A stretch of DNA of 64,000 bases from Bdellovibrionales bacterium (GTDB lineage Bacteria; Bdellovibrionota; UBA1018; CAIMNF01), in the NCBI GenBank assembly GCA_040380025.1, contig JBEIJY010000004.1, positions 32,001-96,000 of the forward strand, given 5' to 3'. Of the stretch, positions 47,328-57,869 are shown one piece after another. Under the pieces are notes generated by a model that worked only from the letters and a program-made list of their open reading frames with translations, was not told the DNA's origin and did no database searches. A program made the position numbers and the translations under genes. Each line of letters begins with the position of its first letter. Position 1 is the first letter of the stretch.

Positions 47328-49147
47328 TTGGGGGTTTTGACCACCATGACATTCAGCTCCTGAAGCTGCTCGCGGGTCACCTCAGATGGGGTTCCCGCCA
47401 TGATGTCCATTCCGCGCTGGTTCTTCGGAAACGCCATCACATCGCGAATCGGGCCCACTCCGCACAAGAGCGCGGCAAGGCGATCGACCCCGAAGGCAAG
47501 CCCGCCGTGGGGAGGCGTTCCGTACTGGAGCGCCTCGATGAAGAATCCGAATTTTTCTTTTGCTTCTTCGGGGGTGAGTCCGAGCAAACGGAACATCGCG
47601 GCCTGCACGTCGGAGCGGTAAATCCGCAAGGATCCTCCCCCGACTTCGACGCCGTTCAGGACCATGTCGTAGGCCGAAGCCTCGATGCGGTCGAGGTTGC
47701 GCCCGTGAATGAAGTCTTCAAAAAACTCAGGCCTGGGCGAGGTGAACGGATGATGGCAGGCAAAGTAGCGGCCTTCTTTTTCGTCGAACTCCAGAAGCGG
47801 AAAGTTCACGACCCAAAGGAACGCGAACTTCTTCTCTTCGGGTTTCGGGATCATTCCGAGGCGGTGGCCGATTTCGAGTCGGAGCGCGCCGAGGGCATCG
47901 AACACGACCTTGTTCCGGTCGGCGACGATGAGAACAAGAGACCCGGGCTTCAGTTCCAGGCGGCTGGTGAGATTCGCCTTTTCTTCGGCCGAGAAGAACT
48001 TCGCCGCCGGAGACTGCATCTCGCCTTCGGGAGTGATTTTGATCCAGAGAAGCCCTTTGGCTCCATGCGTGGAGGCACTTTTGGTAAGATCATCGAGATC
48101 CTTGCGCGAAAACTGATCGGCCTTGCCGTGGACTACAAGCGCCCGGACCGAGCCGCGGATTCCGCGCGCATCCGGCGCGAGCGCGCCCGAAAACACCTGA
48201 AACGCCGAGCCCGAGAAAATCTCGGAAAGATCCTGAAGCTCGAGCCCGAAGCGCACATCGGGCTTGTCGCTCCCGAATCGGCTCATGGCCTCGGCATACG
48301 GCATGCGCGGGAAGGGCCGCGGAATGTCGACCCCGAGGATTTCCTTCCAGAGCTTTTGCATCATTTCTTCGAGAATCGGGAAGAGGTCTTCTTCGTCCAG
48401 AAAGGAAGTCTCGATGTCGATCTGCGAGAACTCGGGCTGGCGGTCGGCGCGCAGGTCTTCGTCGCGAAAACACCGCGCGATCTGAAAATACCGGTCCATC
48501 CCGGAGATCATCAGAAGCTGCTTCAGGGTCTGGGGCGATTGCGGGAGCGCATAGAATGATCCGGGGTGCATGCGCGAGGGCACGATGAAATCGCGGGCAC
48601 CCTCGGGCGTGCTCTTGTACAAAATGGGAGTCTCGATCTCGATGAACCGATGGGAATCGAGGTGGCTTCGCACCATCTGCAGCATTTTATGGCGGGTCAG
48701 GAGGTTCTTTTGCAGGTAGGGGCGGCGAAGATCGAGGTAGCGGTACTCCAGCCGAAGATGCTCGGCCACGTCGACGTCGTCTTCGATCTGGAAGGGCGGG
48801 GTTTTGGCTTCTGAGAGGATCACCAAGTCCGAGCAGGCGACTTCAATCGCGCCCGTTGAAAGCCTGGGGTTCGTCATTCCTTCTGGTCGGGAGCGAACGG
48901 TCCCCTTGCACCAAAGAACGTATTCGGAGCGGAGCTTTCCGGCCAGCTCGTGGGCAGGCGCCCCACCCGAAAGGGCCGGATCGAAAACGATTTGGGTCAG
49001 TCCGTACCGATCGCGTAAATCGATGAAGATGAGTCCCCCGTGGTCGCGGCGCTTGGCCACCCATCCACAAAGCTGAACCTCGCGGTTCAGTTGTCCGGTT
49101 CCGAGTTCCCCACAGGTGTGCGTCCGATTCGTCCTCTTCTGACTCAT
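47324..49147 (-). CDS. aspS: Aspartate-tRNA ligase (probably non-discriminating Asp/Asn)
   Basis: RRDHGG, TPEGARDF, PQSPQ..KQ, FRDEDLRADRQPEF and PPHGG..GVDR motifs. Confidence 0.97.
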   Translation of the reverse strand: MSQKRTNRTHTCGELGTGQLNREVQLCGWVAKRRDHGGLIFIDLRDRYGLTQIVFDPALSGGAPAHELAGKLRSEYVLWCKGTVRSRPEGMTNPRLSTGAIEVACSDLVILSEAKTPPFQIEDDVDVAEHLRLEYRYLDLRRPYLQKNLLTRHKMLQMVRSHLDSHRFIEIETPILYKSTPEGARDFIVPSRMHPGSFYALPQSPQTLKQLLMISGMDRYFQIARCFRDEDLRADRQPEFSQIDIETSFLDEEDLFPILEEMMQKLWKEILGVDIPRPFPRMPYAEAMSRFGSDKPDVRFGLELQDLSEIFSGSAFQVFSGALAPDARGIRGSVRALVVHGKADQFSRKDLDDLTKSASTHGAKGLLWIKITPEGEMQSPAAKFFSAEEKANLTSRLELKPGSLVLIVADRNKVVFDALGALRLEIGHRLGMIPKPEEKKFAFLWVVNFPLLEFDEKEGRYFACHHPFTSPRPEFFEDFIHGRNLDRIEASAYDMVLNGVEVGGGSLRIYRSDVQAAMFRLLGLTPEEAKEKFGFFIEALQYGTPPHGGLAFGVDRLAALLCGVGPIRDVMAFPKNQRGMDIMAGTPSEVTREQLQELNVMVVKTPK

Positions 49148-49217
49148 ACCGAAACTACTCTACCGATTGACGGAACCCTTTACAATAACTACAGTACACT
49201 AAAAGGAAAAATCCGTT

Positions 49218-52046
49218 GTGACCCCTGAAATCCAACCTGATCTTAGGAACTTCGAATACCTGAAAAGCATTCACGCCGGGTACATCGAGGACCTCTACCA
49301 GAGCTACCAAAAGGATCCCGAATCGGTCGATCCTTCGTGGAGATACTTTTTTGACGGCATCTACCTCGGAGAGGTCACGACCTTGGTCGAAGCGGCCTCG
49401 GCCGTGCAAGCCGAGGGCGGTCTTCGCACCGGCTCGATGACGGGCGAAGAGCTCGAGCGCGAGCTGCGCGCATACCAACTGATCGAGGCGTACCGCGAGC
49501 ACGGGCATCTTTTGGCGCGAGTGAATCCGCTTGAGGAATTTGTGCCATCCGTTCCCGAGCTGGAGCTCTCGCGCTTCGGCTTCGCCGATTCCGACCTCGA
49601 CGAGACCTTTCATGCCGCAAAATTCGCGGGCCTCGGCGCCTGCACCCTGCGGGTGCTGATCGAAACCCTGAAGGCAGTATACGCCGGACCGGTCGGCATC
49701 GAGCTTTTTCATCTGCAGGCGGGAGCGGAGCGCGAGTTCATCCAGACCCGCTTTGAGTCGCTTCGCGGAAATTACTCCGTGCCGGCGGACGATAAAAAAT
49801 TCATTCTGAAGCGCCTGACCGAGAGCGAGACGCTCGAACGCTTCATTCACACCCGTTATGTGGCCCAAAAACGGTTTTCGATCGAGGGCGGAGAAGCCCT
49901 GATTCCCGGACTTGATTCGGTGATCGAAACCGCAAGCGAGCTCGGCGCCGAAGAAGTGGTGTTCGGCATGGCCCACCGGGGCCGCCTGAACGTGCTCGTG
50001 AACACGCTTCGAAAAAATCCCGAGACGCTGTTTGCCGAGTTCGACGACAACTACCGCCTTTCGACCGACCACGGCGAAGGCGATGTGAAGTACCACAAGG
50101 GCCACTCGCTCGATCACACGACCCGCAAGGGACGGCCCGTGCATCTTACGATGGGATTCAACCCCTCGCACTTGGAGTTCATCAACCCCGTGGTCATGGG
50201 CATGACCCGCGCCAAACAAAAACAGCGCGGGGATTCCACCCGCTCGAAGGTGCTGTCGGTGCTCATGCACGGCGATGCCGCATTCGCGGGCCAGGGCGTG
50301 GTGTACGAGAGCATCCAGGCCTCGCGGCTCGAGGCCTACTCGGTCGGCGGCACGATTCATATCATCTCGAACAACCAGGTCGGCTTCACGACCGATCCGA
50401 AGGACGCGCGCTCGACCCGCTACTGCACCGATCTTGCCAAGGCATTCGAATGCCCGGTGTTCCATGTGAACGGCGACGACCCCGAGGCGCTCTGGATCAC
50501 CCTCAAGATCGCGACGGAATTCAGGTATTTGTTCAAAAAGGACGTGTTCATCGACCTCTTGTGCTACCGCAAGTACGGCCACAACGAGGGCGACGAGCCT
50601 TCGTTCACCCAGCCCGGCTTGTATCAAAAAATCACCCGCAAGCCCGGCCCGCGCGAGACCTACGCGAACCGACTTGCCGCCGAGAACGTGATGTCGGCGG
50701 AGGATGCGAAGCTCCTGATCGAGCTTGCGCAGGATCCGCTCGCGCGTGCGCTCGAGAGAGTCCGCGCCGAGAAGCCCGAGCCCGGGTACTCGGAATACGA
50801 AGGCCCCTACTGGTCGAAGTACCGCCCCGGACACAAAGAAGACTTGCTGAAGCCCGTGAAAACCGGCGTCAGCGCGAGCGAGCTCATCACGATCTCGAAA
50901 AAGATCAATCGCTTTCCGACCGGATTCCAAGTGCATCCCAAGCTCGAGCGCCTCTTCGAGGGCCGCATCCAGGCTGTCGAGAACGGCAAGGGAATCGACT
51001 GGGGGAATGCCGAGGTGCTCGCCTATGCGACCCTCGTGAACGAGGGAACGGCGGTCCGGATGACCGGACAGGACGTGCGTCGCGGGACCTTCACCCACCG
51101 TCATGCCGCGGCCGTGGATTTTCAGACGAACGAGTCCCACATCGGCATGAACACGCTCCATTCGAGCGCGCGGATCTCGATTCACAACTCGCACCTGTCT
51201 GAAACCGCCGTGATGGGAATTGAGTTCGGCTACTCGTTGGCCGATCCCGATTCGCTGGTGGTCTGGGAAGCGCAGTTCGGAGATTTTGCGAACGGCGCGC
51301 AGGTGATCATCGATCAGTTCCTCGCCACCTCGGAATCGAAGTGGCACCGCGCCTCGGGACTGACACTTCTTTTGCCGCACGGATTCGAAGGCCAGGGCCC
51401 CGAGCACTCCTCGGCGCGGCTCGAGCGGTTTTTGCAGCTCTGCGGAAAAGACAACATGACCGTTGCTTATCCGACCACTCCGGCGCAGGTGTTTCATCTG
51501 CTCCGCCGTCAGGTGAAGCGCGACTTCCGCAAGCCTCTCGTGGTCATGACCCCGAAGAGCTTGCTCCGTCACCCGAAAGCCGTCTCGACCCTGAACGAGC
51601 TCACGGACCAGTATTTTCAGGAGGTGCTCGATGATGCTGTTCATGCGAGTCCCGAGACCTCATCGGAAGTGAAGCGGATCATGATCTGCAGCGGGAAGAT
51701 TTATTACGAGCTCCTCGAGGAGCGCGAAAAGCGGAATGACTCGCGTGTTGCGATCGTGCGCCTCGAGCAATTCCACCCTTGGCCGGAACAGCAACTGGCC
51801 GGCGTGATCGAAAAATACCGGAACGCCCGCGAGGTGTTTTTTGTGCAAGAAGAGCCCCGGAACATGGGCGCATGGCAGTATTTTTCGGGCATGTGGTCGG
51901 GAGCGCTCTCGAACTTCGGCGCGCGGTTTCCCAGCCTCGGGCTCACCTATGTGGGACGCGAGATCTGCGCCTCTCCCGCCGTGGGCTCGAAGAAGCTTCA
52001 CGACAAAGAACAACAAGAAATCATTCTGAAAGCATTTCAAGATTAG
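49218..52046 (+). CDS. sucA: 2-oxoglutarate dehydrogenase E1
   Basis: KRFSIEG, GMAHRGRLN, HGDAAFAGQG and GPEHSSARLER motifs. Confidence 0.97.
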   Translation: MTPEIQPDLRNFEYLKSIHAGYIEDLYQSYQKDPESVDPSWRYFFDGIYLGEVTTLVEAASAVQAEGGLRTGSMTGEELERELRAYQLIEAYREHGHLLARVNPLEEFVPSVPELELSRFGFADSDLDETFHAAKFAGLGACTLRVLIETLKAVYAGPVGIELFHLQAGAEREFIQTRFESLRGNYSVPADDKKFILKRLTESETLERFIHTRYVAQKRFSIEGGEALIPGLDSVIETASELGAEEVVFGMAHRGRLNVLVNTLRKNPETLFAEFDDNYRLSTDHGEGDVKYHKGHSLDHTTRKGRPVHLTMGFNPSHLEFINPVVMGMTRAKQKQRGDSTRSKVLSVLMHGDAAFAGQGVVYESIQASRLEAYSVGGTIHIISNNQVGFTTDPKDARSTRYCTDLAKAFECPVFHVNGDDPEALWITLKIATEFRYLFKKDVFIDLLCYRKYGHNEGDEPSFTQPGLYQKITRKPGPRETYANRLAAENVMSAEDAKLLIELAQDPLARALERVRAEKPEPGYSEYEGPYWSKYRPGHKEDLLKPVKTGVSASELITISKKINRFPTGFQVHPKLERLFEGRIQAVENGKGIDWGNAEVLAYATLVNEGTAVRMTGQDVRRGTFTHRHAAAVDFQTNESHIGMNTLHSSARISIHNSHLSETAVMGIEFGYSLADPDSLVVWEAQFGDFANGAQVIIDQFLATSESKWHRASGLTLLLPHGFEGQGPEHSSARLERFLQLCGKDNMTVAYPTTPAQVFHLLRRQVKRDFRKPLVVMTPKSLLRHPKAVSTLNELTDQYFQEVLDDAVHASPETSSEVKRIMICSGKIYYELLEEREKRNDSRVAIVRLEQFHPWPEQQLAGVIEKYRNAREVFFVQEEPRNMGAWQYFSGMWSGALSNFGARFPSLGLTYVGREICASPAVGSKKLHDKEQQEIILKAFQD

Positions 52047-52055
52047 GAGAACCCC

Positions 52056-53285
52056 ATGAAACACGACATCCTTGCCCCGCTCGTCGGGGAATCGATCACC
52101 GAAGTCAGCATCCTGAAGTGGAACAAAAAGAACGGCGAGGCCGTGCGCTCGGGAGATGTCCTGCTCGAGATCGAGTCGGACAAAGCCACCGTCGAGATCG
52201 TCGCCGAATACTCGGGCGCGCTCACCATTGTGAAGGGCGACGGAGAGCGCGTTGCCGTGAAGTCGGTGATCGCGTTCATCGATGATGCGGCAACCGGAAC
52301 GACCGCCGCTCCGCCCGCGCCGAAAGCCGCGAGCACAGGTGCCAAAACCCCGCCTCCTCCGCCGGTTTCAAAACCCGTAAGCTCTTCTGCGGGTTCTACT
52401 GCTTCGGAAGTGCTGAGCCCGGCCGTGCGGAAGGCCGTGGTCGAGAACAACGTGAACCCCTCGCAAATCCAGGGTACGGGCAAAGACGGAAGACTGCTGA
52501 AGGGCGACGTCATGGCGTTCATCGCCTCGGGCGGCGCGCGCTCGGCCCCGACTGCGGCGGCCCTCCCCCAGCCCCAGGACAAACCGGGCGATCGCAGGGT
52601 TCCGATGCCGTCGATTCGCCGAAGAATCGCCGAGCGATTGGTGTTCGCCCAGCATACGGCGGCGATTCTGACGACCTTCAACGAGGTCGACATGAAGCCC
52701 GTTCAGGACATGCGCGCCCAGCACAAAGAAGCCTTCGAGAAGAAGTACGGCGTGAAGCTCTCGTTCATGTCGTTCTTTACCCGCGCCTGCACGCTGGCGC
52801 TGAAGCAACTGCCCGCGGTGAATGCCTCGATCGACGGAAGCGACATTGTTTATCATGACTACTGCGACATGGGCATTGCGGTCGGAACCGAGCGCGGACT
52901 GGTCGTCCCGGTCGTGCGCGGAGCCGACAAGATGAGCTTTGCCGAGATCGAAAAGGCGATCGGCGAACTTGCCCTGAAGGCCCGCAACAACAAGCTCTCG
53001 ATTGCCGATATGTCGGGCGGCACCTTTACGATCTCGAATGGAGGCACCTACGGTTCGCTTCTTTCGACCCCGATTCTGAACCCGCCGCAAAGCGGGATCC
53101 TCGGAATGCACAAGATCATGGACCGTCCGGTCGTGGTGAACGGAAAGATCGAGATCCGTCCGATGATGTATCTTGCGCTTTCGTACGACCACCGGATCAT
53201 CGACGGCAAAGAAGCGGTGACCTTCCTCGTGACTTTGAAGGACTTGCTCGAGAACCCCGCGAAGCTCGGACTCGACTTCGCGTAA
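52056..53285 (+). CDS. sucB: Dihydrolipoamide succinyltransferase E2
   Basis: Lipoyl motif ESDKAT, E3-binding GTGKDGR and DHRIIDG motifs. Confidence 0.97.
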   Translation: MKHDILAPLVGESITEVSILKWNKKNGEAVRSGDVLLEIESDKATVEIVAEYSGALTIVKGDGERVAVKSVIAFIDDAATGTTAAPPAPKAASTGAKTPPPPPVSKPVSSSAGSTASEVLSPAVRKAVVENNVNPSQIQGTGKDGRLLKGDVMAFIASGGARSAPTAAALPQPQDKPGDRRVPMPSIRRRIAERLVFAQHTAAILTTFNEVDMKPVQDMRAQHKEAFEKKYGVKLSFMSFFTRACTLALKQLPAVNASIDGSDIVYHDYCDMGIAVGTERGLVVPVVRGADKMSFAEIEKAIGELALKARNNKLSIADMSGGTFTISNGGTYGSLLSTPILNPPQSGILGMHKIMDRPVVVNGKIEIRPMMYLALSYDHRIIDGKEAVTFLVTLKDLLENPAKLGLDFA

Positions 53286-53301
53286 GAGAGGGAATTCCAC
53301 C

Positions 53302-54711
53302 ATGGAGACATTTGATTTGATCGTGATCGGCGGCGGCCCCGCCGGATATGTGGCCGCAATCCGGGCCTCCCAGCTCGGCATGAAAACCGTGTGCGTCGAG
53401 AAGCGCGCCTCGCTCGGCGGAACCTGCCTGAACGTGGGGTGCATTCCCTCGAAGGCCCTGCTCGATTCGAGCGAGCACTTCTCGCTTGCGCGCTACAAGT
53501 TCAAGAAGCACGGAATCGAGATGAGCGACCTCAAGATGAACGTGCCGCAGATGATCGCGCGCAAAAATGAAGTGGTGAAGCAACTCACCCAGGGCATTGC
53601 GGGATTGTTCAAAAAGAACAAAATCGAGTGGGCCCAAGGCTACGGCCGGTTTGCCGGACTTGAAGGAACCAAAAAGATCGTCGAAGTGGACGGCCCCGTG
53701 AAGCGCACGTTTGCGGCCGAGAAGGTGCTGATCGCAACCGGAAGCGAGGCAATTGAACTTCCGAACCTGAAGTTCGACGGCAAGACCGTGATCTCGTCGA
53801 CCGAGGCGCTTGAGCTCCAGTCAGTGCCAGGCCACCTTGCCGTGGTCGGCGGAGGCGTGATCGGGCTTGAGATGGGCTCGGTATGGAGCCGCTTGGGCGC
53901 GAAGGTGACGGTGATCGAGTTTGCCGACAAGATCTTGAGCGTGATGGACCAGCAGATTGCGGCCGAGGCGAAAAAATCGCTCACGAAGCAGGGCCTGGAG
54001 TTCCGCATGAATACCCAGGCGCTGGGCGCGAGCGATTCGGGCAATAAAAAAGTTCTTGAGGTCATGGACCGCGCCACCGGCGCCAAAGACACGATCGAGT
54101 GCGATGTGATTCTGGTTGCGACCGGACGCCGCCCGTTCACCGACGGGCTGAATCTTGAGAGCATTCACCTTAAGGCAAACGAAAAAGGCCGCGTGGACAT
54201 CGATGAACACTTCGAGACCGCGGTAAAAGGCGTTTACGCGGTCGGCGACTGCGTGCAGGGCCCGATGCTCGCCCACAAGGCCGAAGAAGAGGGCATGGCG
54301 GCGGTCGAGATCATGGCCGGACAAGCAGGCCATGTGAACTACCATACGATTCCCTGGATTGTGTACACCTGGCCTGAGATCGCAGGCGTCGGCCACACCG
54401 AAGAGGAACTGAAGGCCAAGGGCATCGAGTACAAGGTCGGGTCGTTTCCGTTTTTGGCGAACGGCCGAGCAAAGGCGATGGATGAGTCCGAGGGACTCGT
54501 GAAGCTGTTGGCCGATGCGAAGACGGACCGGCTTTTGGGGATGCACATTTTCGGCCCCCGGGCCTCGGACCTGATCGCCGAGGGCTCGACGGTTCTGGAA
54601 TACGGCGGCTCGGCCGAAGACGTGGCCCGGACCTGCCATGCCCACCCGACCCTCTCGGAGGCGGTCAAAGAAGCCGCCCTTGCGGTCGACGGGCGGCGGA
54701 TTCATTTGTAA
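53302..54711 (+). CDS. lpdA: Dihydrolipoamide dehydrogenase E3
   Basis: GGTCLNVGCIPSK and HAHPTLSE motifs. Confidence 0.97.
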   Translation: METFDLIVIGGGPAGYVAAIRASQLGMKTVCVEKRASLGGTCLNVGCIPSKALLDSSEHFSLARYKFKKHGIEMSDLKMNVPQMIARKNEVVKQLTQGIAGLFKKNKIEWAQGYGRFAGLEGTKKIVEVDGPVKRTFAAEKVLIATGSEAIELPNLKFDGKTVISSTEALELQSVPGHLAVVGGGVIGLEMGSVWSRLGAKVTVIEFADKILSVMDQQIAAEAKKSLTKQGLEFRMNTQALGASDSGNKKVLEVMDRATGAKDTIECDVILVATGRRPFTDGLNLESIHLKANEKGRVDIDEHFETAVKGVYAVGDCVQGPMLAHKAEEEGMAAVEIMAGQAGHVNYHTIPWIVYTWPEIAGVGHTEEELKAKGIEYKVGSFPFLANGRAKAMDESEGLVKLLADAKTDRLLGMHIFGPRASDLIAEGSTVLEYGGSAEDVARTCHAHPTLSEAVKEAALAVDGRRIHL

Positions 54712-54775
54712 TCAGATCAATATGGTAGCAGACCGTTGTTGCCGGCGAGCTGGACCACATCCTACGATTGGGTCC

Positions 54776-56614
54776 TCATGGTTTCGCCGGACGCAGGGGT
54801 AGCGGAGGAAGCGGACCTGGCGGAACTCTCGTTGTGGTGGGTCGAACCGGGGGAACAAGTTCACCCGTCTGACCGTCCACGCGAACAAGAACAGGGTCTT
54901 TTCCGTCGACATTCGATGCATTCGGAAGATAGTAGCGATTCGACCCGTTTTGCTCCGAGATGAAGCGAGTGGTGTAGCCTGCGCAGACCACATCGCCGGC
55001 TTTCGAAACCGCAACACCCAAGCACCTATTATCTCCAGAGTTTTGAGTATACAAGAAGTTGGGGTCAGTGCCTTGGGTCACCAATGCCTTGCTCGTGGCT
55101 CCCAACTGTCTGCCCCAAAGGGGAACGCCGTTCCGGTCGAGTTTGACTATGGTCATATTTTGGCTAAAGGTGTTGGCAGGCAACCCGGGGGAAGGAGCTT
55201 CGGCAAAAACGCCGGTGGTGAATCCTGAAGCGTATACGTTGTCATTCGAATCCACAGTAACGCCAAAGAAAAAATTGCTGAGTTGGTTTGCTCCGGCAGG
55301 GGCCCCTGGGACTCGTGTATTCGCCCCGAATTGTCGCGACCATAATATGTTCCCCCCGGGGTTGAGTTTCATGACAAATGCATCAGAATAGCCGCCTGTG
55401 GGTTCTGCTAGGGTGCCCTCTGTGCTTCCGACGCAATACACATTGCCTCTACGATCGACGGCAACTCCACTGCAAACTCCATTGAATAAATTCGGGTCCA
55501 AGTTCGCCGGAGCACCTGGAACGTAGGTGACAGCACCGAGTTGAACAAGCCAAGTCTCGGTCGATGGGGGCGGTAAAAACTGACCCGTATCAGCACTGAG
55601 CCTCAGTACGAATGCGTCCGCCATGTTATTCGTATTCCCATTTCCCTCGCTCAAGTAACCTCTGGTGTAGCCTGCGCAATGCACAAACCGGCGGGAAGGA
55701 CCAACGGTGCCGACTGCGACCGATTCACAGCGATCCTCACTGCGATTCGCAAGCAACGGGTCTGCGCCCGGGGCACGCGTCTCGGTGCCGAGCTGGGTGA
55801 CCCAATCCACTTGGCCATTCGCCCGAAGGCGCATCAAAAAGACGTCACGGAATCCAGCATTGGGTTCCTTCAAAAAGCCGCTCGTATATCCTGCAGCATA
55901 AACTCGCCCCTCTCCATCAACGCTCACACCATTGACTACATCTTCCCCCTGCTTTGCCGTGTTGGCACCCGTTAGGCTGGGGTTGATTCCTGGAATTTGA
56001 GTCGAGGCGCCCAGTTGTCTTGCCCAAACGATCGCTCCATCGCTTTGTCTCAGCTTCAAGACGAATGCATCGGGACCTCCTGCAGACGCTTCTGCAAGAG
56101 CGCTAAGTGTTAATCCTCCGCAGTAAACACCTCCTTCTCGATCGACGGCAACGCTATTGCAGACGTCAAATTCTTGATTCGCACTTGCGTAGAGAGGGTC
56201 CCATTGGGGTATGGCTTTGGTGTTGCGACCCAATTGGGTGATCCATAAAATTTCGCCCTTGGGGCTGACCTTCATCACAAAGGCATCGCCGTAAAGCCCG
56301 CATACGAGACCTCCTGGAGGGCCGTTTGGCGCAGCGGGATGCGCATTTTCCTCGCCCAGGTTTCCGTAGGTTACCCCGCCACAATAGGAGTTTCCCTCCT
56401 CATCCACGGCCACGCCCCTGCATTCATCATACTTTTCGTTCGCTTTGATTGGAGCGTTCGGCCCGAGCGTCAGGGCTCCGAGCTGGACTGCGCTCCAAGT
56501 CATGGGTTGCGGAGTTTGGGCGAATGTTTTGGCTCCCAAGAAGACGCTTGCGATCCCCGCCCACACCGCGAGCATTCCCGGCCCAGTCCGAATTGGTTTC
56601 GTGAGGTCATCCAT
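54776..56614 (-). CDS. Secreted SBBP-type 7-bladed beta-propeller protein, paralogue 3 (Pro-rich tail)
   Basis: WAGIAS signal peptide, WSAVQLG, seven repeats of the same Cys-containing unit. Confidence 0.85.
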   Translation of the reverse strand: MDDLTKPIRTGPGMLAVWAGIASVFLGAKTFAQTPQPMTWSAVQLGALTLGPNAPIKANEKYDECRGVAVDEEGNSYCGGVTYGNLGEENAHPAAPNGPPGGLVCGLYGDAFVMKVSPKGEILWITQLGRNTKAIPQWDPLYASANQEFDVCNSVAVDREGGVYCGGLTLSALAEASAGGPDAFVLKLRQSDGAIVWARQLGASTQIPGINPSLTGANTAKQGEDVVNGVSVDGEGRVYAAGYTSGFLKEPNAGFRDVFLMRLRANGQVDWVTQLGTETRAPGADPLLANRSEDRCESVAVGTVGPSRRFVHCAGYTRGYLSEGNGNTNNMADAFVLRLSADTGQFLPPPSTETWLVQLGAVTYVPGAPANLDPNLFNGVCSGVAVDRRGNVYCVGSTEGTLAEPTGGYSDAFVMKLNPGGNILWSRQFGANTRVPGAPAGANQLSNFFFGVTVDSNDNVYASGFTTGVFAEAPSPGLPANTFSQNMTIVKLDRNGVPLWGRQLGATSKALVTQGTDPNFLYTQNSGDNRCLGVAVSKAGDVVCAGYTTRFISEQNGSNRYYLPNASNVDGKDPVLVRVDGQTGELVPPVRPTTTRVPPGPLPPLPLRPAKP

Positions 56615-56620
56615 GATCAA

Positions 56621-56649
56621 ATGATCTCAATACATACTAATTTAGTCAA
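56621..56649 (-). promoter_or_regulatory. Shared promoter/operator of propeller gene 3
   Basis: TTGACT-17-GATCAT on the minus strand with palindrome ACTAA-T-TTAGT. The predicted start site coincides with the ATG at 56614, implying a leaderless mRNA. Confidence 0.65.
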
Positions 56650-56838
56650 CAATTAGGGTGGGGTGTTCATTAAACCAAGATGAATCCCGCTAACATATTG
56701 ATCTGATTACAAATGAATCAAAATTGAGATCCTGACGGCATGAGCACTCCTCTTACGCTCGCCGATGCGTGCTCGAGAAATCTCACGACCTTCGCGGCCT
56801 TGGTCATTGCCTTCTGAGTAGCGGCGCCCTGGCTCTGG

Positions 56839-57014
56839 CTCACCGAAATTGAAAGAGAATCCATGCGGTCACAAAATGTGACCGCATGCAAATCCAGGAC
56901 AAACAGATCGAAAAAAATTCAATCCGGATCTTCAAAATCGTTTTTGAACGCTTGGATCAATTGGAATTTCAAAAACCGGAACCATCCACTCCCAAAAGAA
57001 GAATCGGGATCTAG
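56839..57014 (+). pseudogene. Internally deleted ORF6N-domain gene remnant
   Basis: LTEIERESMRSQNVT (ORF6N-like core end) is followed in another frame by FKIVFERLDQL...PKRRIGI* (typical ORF6N-protein C-terminus). Contains a perfect IR at 56862-56888. Confidence 0.55.
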
Positions 57015-57068
57015 GGTCTTACTTTCTGGTTTCTTTGGAACCGAAAAGCGTTTATACCGAGCCCAATC

Positions 57069-57830
57069 ATGTCGCCTTTTGAGCAGGTTCCGCATTCGCC
57101 GTCCGAAATCGTCGTCGCCCGCAACGTGGCGAAGCGGTTTTCTGCGTTCGAAGCCCTGAAAAACGTGAACCTGACCGTCAAAAAGGGCGAAGTGGTGGTG
57201 ATCATCGGTCCCTCCGGGTCCGGAAAAAGCACCTTCATCCGGACTTTGAACCGCCTCGAGGACTTCGACTCGGGCGAGATTTTGATCAATGGCCTTGCTC
57301 TCGACCGGTCGAATCTGGGAAGCATCCGGAAGGACGTGGGCATGGTGTTTCAGAGCTTCAATCTCTTCCCGCACCTGACGGCGCTCGAGAACATCACCCT
57401 GGCCCCGATGAAGGTCAAGGGCCTCTCGAAGCCCGCTGCCGAGTCGCTTGCGATGGACCTCTTGAGACGCGTGGGGATATCCGAACAGGCGCACAAATAC
57501 CCCTCGAGCCTCTCGGGCGGCCAACAGCAACGGGTGGCGATCGCGAGAGCGCTCGCCATGCAACCGAAAGTGATGCTGTTTGACGAGCCGACCTCGGCGC
57601 TCGATCCCGAGATGGTCAATGAAGTCCTGCAGGTCATGCGCGAGCTCGCCCTCTCGGGAATGACCATGATCGTGGTGACCCACGAGATGGGCTTTGCGCG
57701 CGAGGTGGCCGACCGCGTGGTGTTTTTTGATCAGGGCCAGATCCTCGAGGACTCCCCGCCCGAGGTGTTCTTCAAGAGCCCGTCGCACGAGCGTGCGCGG
57801 AGCTTTCTCGGACAAATCCGTTCCTTTTGA
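57069..57830 (+). CDS. Polar amino acid ABC transporter ATP-binding protein (GlnQ-like)
   Basis: [26 protein letters not shown] and VTHEMGFA motifs. Confidence 0.93.
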   Translation: MSPFEQVPHSPSEIVVARNVAKRFSAFEALKNVNLTVKKGEVVVIIGPSGSGKSTFIRTLNRLEDFDSGEILINGLALDRSNLGSIRKDVGMVFQSFNLFPHLTALENITLAPMKVKGLSKPAAESLAMDLLRRVGISEQAHKYPSSLSGGQQQRVAIARALAMQPKVMLFDEPTSALDPEMVNEVLQVMRELALSGMTMIVVTHEMGFAREVADRVVFFDQGQILEDSPPEVFFKSPSHERARSFLGQIRSF

Positions 57831-57869
57831 TTTCTACTGGCACGGGACTTGTAAATAAAATCTCCGCGC

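Noticed and set aside
49155..51644. 829-aa - strand ORF
   Set aside because: Antisense shadow of sucA.
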